A stretch of 64,000 nt of DNA from a virus. Of this stretch, positions 1 to 7,813 are shown piece after piece. A model generated the notes under the pieces. It was not told the DNA's origin, searched no databases, and worked only from the letters and a program-made list of their open reading frames with translations. A program made the position numbers and the translations under genes. The stretch is from positions 64,001 to 128,000 of IMG/VR virus record IMGVR_UViG_3300034101_003554. The stretch is one strand, 5' to 3'. The stretch's first letter is position 1, and each line of letters starts with the position of its first letter.

Positions 1-2
1 CA

Positions 3-125
3 ACTAATACAACAACAATTGATTCATCAATACCAAATGTATATGATACAATTGCAAAAAGTATATTTCCTGTTAATGAAGAAAAACTTTTTGAAAATAT
101 AAATCGAATAAAACAATTATTTTAA
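3..125 (+). CDS. 3' end of a gene truncated by the window (…LFENINRIKQLF*), putative head-associated protein
   Basis: Open frame from 3 to TAA at 123-125; C-terminus nearly identical in pattern to the next ORF (EEVNRIKQLMK). Confidence 0.75.
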   Translation, partial: TNTTTIDSSIPNVYDTIAKSIFPVNEEKLFENINRIKQLF

Positions 126-126
126 T

Positions 127-690
127 ATGAAAATTAGTACTTCAAACAGATTACAAAAACTTAGCGCGCAAGTAGCTGCTTGTACGCCTGTTAAAGATAG
201 TAATATTATTTCACCTATTAGTGGTGTAATTGAGAATGTTACAGATAAATCAATTAAAATTAATTATAGTTCATCAGATTGTAAATTTTCAGTAATTATT
301 AATCATTTTACCCCAGATAAAAATATACATATAAATGATAATGTAGAGGAAGGTGATGAGATTGGTAAGGCCACAGGAGAACAAATAAAATTATCGATTA
401 AAAAAGGACTATATTCAAACGAAAATATTGATTCATATTTATCAGGAGAATATTGTCCAAGTAAAAAAACCTCAACAGACAATAAAACAAGTTCAGGTAC
501 TAATAAAAAAGAAACTACAGATGATTTAGGAATTATGAACCCATACAAAGTTGCTGCATTACCTTTTCTTGGACTTCAAAAAGGTGCTAAAGCTATTATG
601 CGTTTTGTTCCTGGACTAAGTACTGAGAGTGAGGAAGAAATAACGAATATTGTTGAAGAAGTTAACAGAATAAAGCAACTAATGAAATAA
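127..690 (+). CDS. Degenerate M23-peptidase-like (hybrid-motif) protein, probably non-catalytic
   Basis: IISPISGVI…H…NVEEGDEIGKA resembles the M23 fold; the HxxxD and HxH zinc ligands are absent. Confidence 0.5.
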   Translation: MKISTSNRLQKLSAQVAACTPVKDSNIISPISGVIENVTDKSIKINYSSSDCKFSVIINHFTPDKNIHINDNVEEGDEIGKATGEQIKLSIKKGLYSNENIDSYLSGEYCPSKKTSTDNKTSSGTNKKETTDDLGIMNPYKVAALPFLGLQKGAKAIMRFVPGLSTESEEEITNIVEEVNRIKQLMK

Positions 691-725
691 AAAAATCCCC
701 ATTTCAATTAAGAGTGGGGATTTTT
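691..725. terminator. Bidirectional intrinsic terminator
   Basis: AAAAATCCCCATTT…AGAGTGGGGATTTTT between convergent genes. Confidence 0.8.
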
Positions 726-740
726 AGTTAGAAATTAAAA

Positions 741-905
741 TTATTTCTCAACTTTTGCAGAATCAACAGATGGTGTTGTTACTGTAGTTGTTTCAACTTT
801 AGTTGAATCTTCAGTTGATTTAACTTCTTCAGTTTTAGTTTGTGATTCACAAGATGTGAAAATAGCACCAAGTACCAATGCTGCTCCAAAAATTACTTTT
901 TTCAT
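741..905 (-). CDS. Small lipoprotein (54 aa; start corrected to ATG at 905)
   Basis: MKKVIFGAALVLGAIFTS-C lipoprotein signal; T/E/K-rich body with DST and DSA; TTGACT-17-TATTTA upstream (979-951). Confidence 0.75.
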   Translation of the reverse strand: MKKVIFGAALVLGAIFTSCESQTKTEEVKSTEDSTKVETTTVTTPSVDSAKVEK

Positions 906-1031
906 TTTTTTTCTTTGTTTTAAAATTGATTTGTTATTTTTTATAGACAATAAATAGATAATAATTCCAAAGAAGTCAAATAGTTTTAACATTTTTTTAA
1001 AAAAAATATACTTATAAATAAAACATAAAAT

Positions 1032-1385
1032 ATGAATTGGAAACACACCCTAATTATTGTGGTATCAATATTATTGATTGGGATTATTTTGGGTTATATG
1101 ATGAATACAAATCATCAAGATAACAAGAAATTACAACAACAAATTATTGATGCAGAAAAGAAAGCCATAGATTCTCTATATAAAAAATTGGACATAATGA
1201 AATCTGAGAGAGAAAAAATGGAATCCCAGTTGGATATCTTAACTACAAACATTCAAATGAGTGAAAGTAATCTAACATCAAAAATAAACCAATTAAAAAT
1301 TCAAAACAATGTTAAGATTGACGCTATTATTAATAGTTCTAATGACCAGCTCCTGGATGGTTTACGCACAAGGTTTAACCAATAA
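1032..1385 (+). CDS. N-terminally anchored membrane coiled-coil protein (i-spanin-like topology)
   Basis: Single N-terminal hydrophobic helix then heptad-rich region; 3' end overlaps the next gene. Confidence 0.5.
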   Translation: MNWKHTLIIVVSILLIGIILGYMMNTNHQDNKKLQQQIIDAEKKAIDSLYKKLDIMKSEREKMESQLDILTTNIQMSESNLTSKINQLKIQNNVKIDAIINSSNDQLLDGLRTRFNQ

Positions 1386-1800
1386 GACAGATACAATTAA
1401 ACCCAAAATTGATTTAATAATTGTCAATGGTGATACCTCTTTTGTTATCAATAGAAAATTTGCTGAGAAAATTGCCATACAATATGATTCATTGAAAATT
1501 GTAATCGCCAAACTATCTGAGTATAAAATTGTATTGGATGATTGTGTTAAAGTAAAAGACCAATATAAAGTAGCCTTGGACAAATCAATGGACATTACAG
1601 ATATGTTAAAAAGAGAGGCTGAAACCAAAGACCAAATTGTTCAAGGATATAAGAAAATTGAAGAGTCACAACAAAAGATTATTACCGATTTGAATACTGA
1701 ATTCCGTAAAGTAAAAAATAGGAATAAATGGTTAACTGGATTAAGTATTGGCGGGGTAACATTTGGATTTACTTCATTTATCCTTTTACTACTAAAATAA
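1309..1800 (+). CDS. Secreted coiled-coil protein with C-terminal transmembrane helix (possible spanin partner)
   Basis: Signal peptide ending VYA-Q, coiled coil, C-terminal WLTGLSIGGVTFGFTSFILLLLK. Confidence 0.5.
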   Translation: MLRLTLLLIVLMTSSWMVYAQGLTNKTDTIKPKIDLIIVNGDTSFVINRKFAEKIAIQYDSLKIVIAKLSEYKIVLDDCVKVKDQYKVALDKSMDITDMLKREAETKDQIVQGYKKIEESQQKIITDLNTEFRKVKNRNKWLTGLSIGGVTFGFTSFILLLLK

Positions 1801-1853
1801 GTTTATTATATTTTTTAGGTCTTCGGACATAAAAAATTAAATAATTTATTATT

Positions 1854-2168
1854 ATGGGAATTACTTATTTCGCTTTAGGTATGCTCTCGATGGTGGCTCT
1901 AGTATTTGTTGGAGTTATTGTTTGGGGTTTGGTTAAGGTATTAAGAATTGAAAGGCAGATTGTTGCCATAAAAGAAAATCAAAGATTTGATGTTAATAGT
2001 GTCCAACGTCAATTTGATAGTGTTTATAGAACTATTGGTGAACTTAAAGATAATTCATCTAGGGACTATTCCGAATTGTTAGCAATAGTTAACAACAAAT
2101 TTGATGACTCAATACGTTATACTGACAAAAGAATTGACAAAGCATTAAATCAAAAAGAAATTCAGTAA
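1854..2168 (+). CDS. Hypothetical membrane-anchored protein
   Basis: N-terminal hydrophobic helix then amphipathic helix; followed by a terminator. Confidence 0.7.
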   Translation: MGITYFALGMLSMVALVFVGVIVWGLVKVLRIERQIVAIKENQRFDVNSVQRQFDSVYRTIGELKDNSSRDYSELLAIVNNKFDDSIRYTDKRIDKALNQKEIQ

Positions 2169-2171
2169 AAC

Positions 2172-2206
2172 AAAAAACCCCTTCTTAACGGAGGGGTTTC
2201 TTTTTT
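2172..2206. terminator. Bidirectional terminator shared by ORF 1854 and the tmRNA
   Basis: AAAAAACCCCTTC-TTAAC-GGAGGGGTTTCTTTTTT. Confidence 0.8.
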
Positions 2207-2209
2207 AAA

Positions 2210-2590
2210 GGTGGAGGTAGAGAGATTTGAACTCTCGTGTTGTCCGTTTTAACTATTAAGGACTACATGTTTAGGACAACATTATTCGCAGTGTTCCGAG
2301 CTATTTGATTTTTATACACCCAAAATCAACAAAATCGGTCAATTCATTTTTAGGGATGAGAATTGATTAGACAACCCTATAGTGCTCCTGTTCCTGAGTT
2401 AATGCACCCCGACTCGAAAGTAATACCCTATTAACTAGGCTACTACTGCTTCTTCAGCACGGATTAAACCTACTGCAGAAAGTTTGTTGATAACGTTGCC
2501 GTGTATCGTTTCAAACCAGTTTAACAGACTTAGTTTAGGTCTGACATGCCCCAAATAACTAACAACGTCAGTCAATTCCAGATTACCCCC
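2210..2590 (-). ncRNA. ssrA: tmRNA; predicted tag (A)GNVINKLSAVGLIRAEEAVVA* at 2500-2435
   Basis: 5' GGGGGTA pairs with 3' TACCTCC-A, giving the G3.U70 alanine identity; D-loop-like GGAATTGAC; T-arm GAGAG-TTCAAAT-CTCTC; GCATG/CATGTAG helix; pseudoknot CAGAC/GTCTG plus TAAAC/GTTTG just before the resume codon. Confidence 0.93.
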
Positions 2591-2669
2591 TTTTGTAAAG
2601 TACTACAATAATAAATATAATGATTGATAATTCCAAGTTTTGATTATATTTATTTTAATAAAAAAATGT

Positions 2670-4040
2670 ATGGATTATTCTAATAACGATATATTGTTTG
2701 AAAATGACAAATACTTGGCCATTAAATCTCCAAATATGGAAGAGGGTTTAAAAGTAGGTCCAGAATTCTTAACAACAACAAGACATGGTAAAGATGTCTA
2801 TAATAATAGAACAGTATACTTTTTCATTAATAAAGAAGAAAAAGATACTAGATATGGAATTATAACTCTAGCATTTGGAGAATATTTTGAAGTCTATGAT
2901 AATTATGGCGATGATATTCAATTAAGGGATGCTTTCCATTATTTTCCAGATTTAGATAAAACAATTACAGACATAGTCGGTAATGTTGATTTAATAACAA
3001 CATTAATCTTGATTGAGCAGGGGAAAGAATTTGATAAATATAAATTACAGAGGATAGATTCTAATATTGATTATATACAATATAATAAAAAAGTACCAGC
3101 TAATAGTAAAATTTATTTAGAATTTAATGGTGACGCAGGTATTTTGAGTTTAATGGATTTTAATAGTGATGATCTTTATTATATTAATGCTGTTTTAAGT
3201 AGATATGGATATAGTTCTAATTTATGGGAAGGAGATACAGATTACGATTGGAAAGAAGGTAATTTATTACATTATTTTAATGATGGAAGTAATAAACTTT
3301 TGGATAAAATTGTTTCATATATTAAACCTGAATTTTTTAATTGGAGGGATGATTATAATATAAAGGGTGAATTATGTGAATTATTATATAATCAATTTGA
3401 TAATGAAATAAGTAGAATACTAGACGATTATAGTAATCATTATGAACAAGCTGGGATTAATGCACTAAAAGAAGAATTATATAGTGATTTTTGTAATCCA
3501 TTTGATGGATATCAAATACATGTTGTTAAAAGAAATGAAATAGTTAGATGTTTTTATGAATATCGTACTTGGGTTTCACAATTAAAAGATTTATTAATCG
3601 CGACTAATACTAGTACTATTGAAGAGTTGATAACAAAATTATCTGAGTTCGTTGGTGGTGGTTTAAGAACTGAGATTTACGAGTATCCATATCGTGGTGA
3701 ATTTGACACAGAATCTTTTAATAGAGAAGTTGAATACGAACTTGAAAATATAATTGATAAGATTGAAGAAAATCCTGAAAAATATTCCAAGAATCTTAGT
3801 GAGAATTTAAAATTAATACAAATAATTAAAAAGTATCAATTGAATACTCCTGTCAAAATTGATGATGAAAGAGGTTCATTTATTATCACAGGAATTAAAG
3901 ATGGAAAACTTCTTGTAACACACATTAAAAAGAATGGTGAAAAAACAAACAAGAGTTTCAATTTTGAAGAATTTAATAATTTTATGTCAATGGGTGAATT
4001 ATTTGAACATTTAGTTAGAAAATTAAAAAGAATGTTGTAA
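2670..4040 (+). CDS. Hypothetical acidic phage protein (start corrected to ATG 2670)
   Basis: Long ORF; ATATTTAT at 2646-2653; ends LFEHLVRKLKRML. Confidence 0.75.
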   Translation: MDYSNNDILFENDKYLAIKSPNMEEGLKVGPEFLTTTRHGKDVYNNRTVYFFINKEEKDTRYGIITLAFGEYFEVYDNYGDDIQLRDAFHYFPDLDKTITDIVGNVDLITTLILIEQGKEFDKYKLQRIDSNIDYIQYNKKVPANSKIYLEFNGDAGILSLMDFNSDDLYYINAVLSRYGYSSNLWEGDTDYDWKEGNLLHYFNDGSNKLLDKIVSYIKPEFFNWRDDYNIKGELCELLYNQFDNEISRILDDYSNHYEQAGINALKEELYSDFCNPFDGYQIHVVKRNEIVRCFYEYRTWVSQLKDLLIATNTSTIEELITKLSEFVGGGLRTEIYEYPYRGEFDTESFNREVEYELENIIDKIEENPEKYSKNLSENLKLIQIIKKYQLNTPVKIDDERGSFIITGIKDGKLLVTHIKKNGEKTNKSFNFEEFNNFMSMGELFEHLVRKLKRML

Positions 4041-4049
4041 TATTGTGTT

Positions 4050-4865
4050 ATGAAACACAATTACGATTTACTCAAAAAGGTTTTGTCCATACCTACCAAG
4101 ACATACAAAGAGGACTTAATGATTCAATTCCTAGGTGAATGGTTAACAGAAAACAACATCCCTTATCAAGTTGATAAGATGGGTAATGTTTATGCGACCA
4201 AACAAACGAATGATATTGAATATTTCCCCTGTGTTGTTGCACATACCGACACAGTACACGAATTGGATACAATCAACATTAAAGAAATGATGTTACCCAA
4301 TGACCAAAAAGAATTAAAACCAGCATTAAAGGCTTTTAATGATAAAGGAGAACCCACGGGTATTGGTGGGGATGACAAATGTGGTGTTTATGTATGTTTG
4401 GAATTATTGAAAAATTTACCAAATGTAAAAGCCGCATTTTTTGTCTCAGAAGAAACTGGTTGTCACGGGTCAAAGAATGCTGATAAAGAGTTTTTCTCAA
4501 ATGTTGGTTATGCTATTCAATTTGACGCTCCAGGTAATTGGATGGTTAGTGAATATTGTATGGGAACAAAATTATTTGATAAGAAGTCTGAATTCTTCAG
4601 CAAATGTGACAAGGTGTTAACTGAGGGATTTGATAACCGAAACAAATACCAATCACATCCTTATACTGATGTTTATGCTCTTAAAAATCAATTTGATTTT
4701 TCTTGTATAAATTTTGCTGTAGGATATTATAACTACCACACAAAACATGAATATGTGATTGTTGAGGATGTTTTTAATACATTGGATATTGCAAAGAAAA
4801 TGATTAATGATTTGGGTAGTGTGAAATATTTTGAGGAAGTTAAATCAAGTAAATTTTTACTATAA
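4050..4865 (+). CDS. Zn-dependent peptidase, M20/M28/M42 clan
   Basis: AHTDTVH, GGDDKCG, SEETG, QFD and YHT metal-ligand motifs. Confidence 0.85.
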   Translation: MKHNYDLLKKVLSIPTKTYKEDLMIQFLGEWLTENNIPYQVDKMGNVYATKQTNDIEYFPCVVAHTDTVHELDTINIKEMMLPNDQKELKPALKAFNDKGEPTGIGGDDKCGVYVCLELLKNLPNVKAAFFVSEETGCHGSKNADKEFFSNVGYAIQFDAPGNWMVSEYCMGTKLFDKKSEFFSKCDKVLTEGFDNRNKYQSHPYTDVYALKNQFDFSCINFAVGYYNYHTKHEYVIVEDVFNTLDIAKKMINDLGSVKYFEEVKSSKFLL

Positions 4866-4893
4866 AAAAAAGGGACTATTCAGTCCCTTTTTT
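4866..4893. terminator. Bidirectional terminator overlapping the clpC stop codon
   Basis: AAAAAAGGGACT-ATTC-AGTCCCTTTTTT. Confidence 0.8.
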
Positions 4894-6906
4894 CTTTTTT
4901 GATTTTTTAACTTCTTTTTCTTTAAACACTATGTTTTCTTCATTGGTTGTGAGTTCATATTTTTCATTCTCAGCAACATTTCCGTTAAGTACTTCCTCCG
5001 ATATGAAATCTTCAATTTTGTCTTGTATGGCTCGTTTTATTGGCCTTGCACCATACGTTTCATCAAATCCAACTTTTGATATTAAATCATAAACAGATTC
5101 ATCACAAGTTATATTATAATTTAATCCATTCAATCTATTAATTAATTTTTCAATTTCAAGTTTTACAATTTGTTTAACTTCTTCTTCTTTCAAAGTATTA
5201 AATACAATAATTTCATCAATACGATTTAAGAACTCTGGGGCAAAAAACTTTTTAAGTTCTTTCTTAAGCATATCCCTTTTTTCTTCTTCCTCAATATAAG
5301 AATTTGAACTTGTTTTAAATCCAACACCAGTTCCAAATTCTTGGAATTTTTTAACCCCAAGATTGGAGGTCATAATTATGATACAATTTTTGAAATTGAT
5401 TTTTCTTCCCAATCCATCAGTAAGATGTCCATCATCCAACACTTGAAGTAATGTTGAGAATACATCTTTATTCGCCTTTTCAATTTCATCAAATAGAATA
5501 ACTGAATATGGTTTATTTTTAACTTGTTCAGTTAATTGTCCACCTTCATCATAACCAACATAACCTGGAGGTGAACCAATCAATCTTGATATTGAATGTT
5601 TTTCTTGGAATTCTGACATATCAACTCGGATAAGGTTTTCTTCACTACCGAATATTTCTTTGGCCAATTGTTTTGCTAAATACGTTTTACCCACACCAGT
5701 TGAACCCAAGAAAATAAATGAACCTATAGGTTTACTTGGGTCTTTGATACCAAGTCTATTTCTACGGATTGATTTGGCAATTTTGGATACAGCTTCAGAT
5801 TGACCAATGACTTTGGAAGATAGATTATCAGCCAATGATGAAAGTTTATTTGTTTCATCTGAGTTCATTTTTGATACGGGTATTTTGGTCATATTAGATA
5901 CAACTTCATATACCAATTCAAATGAAATATCTTTCTTCTTGGTTAATAAATCAGATTCAAATTTTTTCTTTTCTGATTCTAATTTATCCAATATTTTTGT
6001 TTCTTTATCTCGTAAATCTGCAGCTTGTTCATAATTTTGACTTTTAACAACCTCAATCTTTTGTTGTTTAATATCCAACGCTTGAAGTTTCAAGTCTTCA
6101 ATTATTTTAGGCATTTTTATTTCCACTTGACTTCTTGCTCCAACTTCATCAATAATGTCAAAAGCTTTATCAGGGAATTCTCTATCTGTGATATATCTTT
6201 CAGCCAAATCAACACAAAGTTTTAGAATATCATCACTATAATTTACTTTATGATAATTTTCATATTTGTCTTTAACATTAATTAGTATCTGTAAGGTTTC
6301 TTCTTTTGTAGATGGGTCAACAATTACTTTTTGGAAACGTCTTTCTAATGCCCCATCTTTTTCAAAATTCTTTCTATATTCATCCAATGTTGTCGCACCA
6401 ATACATTGTATTTCACCCCGGGCCAAAGCTGGTTTAAATATGTTTGAGGCATCCAATGAACCTGATGAATTCCCAGCACCAACAATTTGGTGTATTTCAT
6501 CAATGAAAAGAATTATGTTTGGGGCAGATTGTAGTTCTTCAATGATAACTTTCATTCTTTCTTCAAATTGTCCACGATATTTTGTTCCCGCAACAATAGA
6601 TGTCATATCCAAAGACATAATTCTTTTATCCATCAAATTTCTTGGACATTCCCCATTCAATATTTTTAAAGCCAAACCTTCCACTATGGCAGTTTTACCA
6701 CAACCAGGTTCACCTATTATGATTGGGTTATTCTTTTTTCTTCTTGATAATATTTGAGCAATTCTTGTTATTTCTCTATCTCTACCTACCACGGGATCTA
6801 ATTTTCCTTCTTCGGCAAGTTTGATTAAATCCTTTGCAAAGTTATTTAACACTGGGGTATCACCTTTACCTTTTGTTGAGTAATCTCCATCTTTTGATTC
6901 TATCAT
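4876..6906 (-). CDS. clpC: ClpC-type AAA+ unfoldase lacking the N-terminal repeat domain
   Basis: Two NBDs (GEPGCGKT/FIDEIH; GSTGVGKT/LFDEIEKA); pore loops KYRG and GYVG; UVR-type M domain (QNYEQAADLRD); VGF ClpP-docking loop; begins directly at TPVLNNFAKDL. Confidence 0.92.
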   Translation of the reverse strand: MIESKDGDYSTKGKGDTPVLNNFAKDLIKLAEEGKLDPVVGRDREITRIAQILSRRKKNNPIIIGEPGCGKTAIVEGLALKILNGECPRNLMDKRIMSLDMTSIVAGTKYRGQFEERMKVIIEELQSAPNIILFIDEIHQIVGAGNSSGSLDASNIFKPALARGEIQCIGATTLDEYRKNFEKDGALERRFQKVIVDPSTKEETLQILINVKDKYENYHKVNYSDDILKLCVDLAERYITDREFPDKAFDIIDEVGARSQVEIKMPKIIEDLKLQALDIKQQKIEVVKSQNYEQAADLRDKETKILDKLESEKKKFESDLLTKKKDISFELVYEVVSNMTKIPVSKMNSDETNKLSSLADNLSSKVIGQSEAVSKIAKSIRRNRLGIKDPSKPIGSFIFLGSTGVGKTYLAKQLAKEIFGSEENLIRVDMSEFQEKHSISRLIGSPPGYVGYDEGGQLTEQVKNKPYSVILFDEIEKANKDVFSTLLQVLDDGHLTDGLGRKINFKNCIIIMTSNLGVKKFQEFGTGVGFKTSSNSYIEEEEKRDMLKKELKKFFAPEFLNRIDEIIVFNTLKEEEVKQIVKLEIEKLINRLNGLNYNITCDESVYDLISKVGFDETYGARPIKRAIQDKIEDFISEEVLNGNVAENEKYELTTNEENIVFKEKEVKKSKKKKGTE

Positions 6907-6990
6907 ATTTTTCTTTTTAATTAATTATAATATTTATTTTTACATTTTCAACTATGATAAACTGACAATTTGTTAATATTATTTTTATTC

Positions 6991-7019
6991 TTGACTAGTT
7001 AATTTAATTGATATATAAT
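6991..7019 (+). promoter_or_regulatory. sigma70-like promoter for the UVR-domain gene
   Basis: TTGACT-N17-TATAAT; a divergent TTGAAA-N16-TATAAT (6951-6924) precedes clpC. Confidence 0.6.
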
Positions 7020-7061
7020 TGAATTATAACAATAAAAATAAACTTTAAAAAATATATTATT

Positions 7062-7496
7062 ATGAACGGAAAAGATTTTCATAAAAGATTCGAGGAATTT
7101 TTCAATCAATTTTTCAATCAAGACAATCAAAAATTTAATACGCCTATGGATGGATTTTTAAAAGCATTAAATCCAGATGACATTTCAAAAGAAATGAAGA
7201 AATATAGAAAATCGATTAAAGAATCTAATGATGGGTTATTTACAACTATTAGTTTCATTTTTACTAATCCACCATTTAGTGATAAGAGTGAAGCTAATGA
7301 GTTGAAATCTAAATTAGATGAATGTGTATCAAATCAAGATTTTGAGGAAGCAGCAAGATTAAGAGATAAAATTAAAGAACTTGAAAATAACTCATCTAAG
7401 GTTAAAGATTTGAAAAAAGAGTTAGATATTGCAATTAAAGAACAAAATTTTGAAAGGGCAATTGAAATCCGAGATGAATTAAAAAAAATAAACTAA
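7062..7496 (+). CDS. Protein with two tandem UVR (UvrB/UvrC, McsA-like) coiled-coil motifs
   Basis: LDECVSNQDFEEAARLRDKIKEL and LDIAIKEQNFERAIEIRDELKK. Confidence 0.88.
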   Translation: MNGKDFHKRFEEFFNQFFNQDNQKFNTPMDGFLKALNPDDISKEMKKYRKSIKESNDGLFTTISFIFTNPPFSDKSEANELKSKLDECVSNQDFEEAARLRDKIKELENNSSKVKDLKKELDIAIKEQNFERAIEIRDELKKIN

Positions 7497-7500
7497 TCAT

Positions 7501-7525
7501 AACCCCTCGTAATTGAGGGGTTTTT
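7501..7525 (+). terminator. Intrinsic terminator
   Basis: AACCCCTC-GTAATT-GAGGGGTTTTT. Confidence 0.75.
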
Positions 7526-7538
7526 AAATTTAAAAATT

Positions 7539-7781
7539 ATGGCAATATTAAGAGAAGAAATCAGAGGTACAAAAATTATTAATGAAATTCAGTCAAGTAA
7601 TATTAGAAAGACAGAATTTGATACAGAATCAAAAGAGTTAATTGTGGAATTTAACAACGGACTCATATATTCCTATGAAAATGTTCCTCATCAATTGTAT
7701 ACCCAATTTAGGATGTCGGAATCCCAAGGTAAGTTTTTTAATTCCAAAATAGCAAAAGTATATAAATACAAAAGATTGTGA
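7539..7781 (+). CDS. KTSC-domain protein
   Basis: SSNI…D…LIVEFNNG.IYSYENVP…SQGKFFN pattern. Confidence 0.88.
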   Translation: MAILREEIRGTKIINEIQSSNIRKTEFDTESKELIVEFNNGLIYSYENVPHQLYTQFRMSESQGKFFNSKIAKVYKYKRL

Positions 7782-7813
7782 TAATTATAGTGGTACACTA
7801 ATATTTATCATTT

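Noticed and set aside
1013-1020. T4-type late promoter TATAAATA in the sense orientation
   Set aside because: I noticed it only here and at 19442. The consistently positioned motif is ATATTTAT, and a variant ATACTTAT overlaps this site.
906-1046. N-terminal extension of the 741-1046 ORF
   Set aside because: It covers an AT-rich promoter region; the signal peptide begins at ATG 905.
2210-2245. tRNA-like T-arm and acceptor end
   Set aside because: There is no anticodon arm, and the matching 5' acceptor strand is about 380 nt away, so this is the tmRNA rather than a tRNA or attachment site.
5807-6757. Plus-strand ORFs opposite clpC and similar antisense ORFs elsewhere
   Set aside because: Antisense shadows of well-supported genes.
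4876-6906. ClpB annotation
   Set aside because: The short UVR-type M domain and VGF loop indicate ClpC type, not the long-M-domain ClpB.
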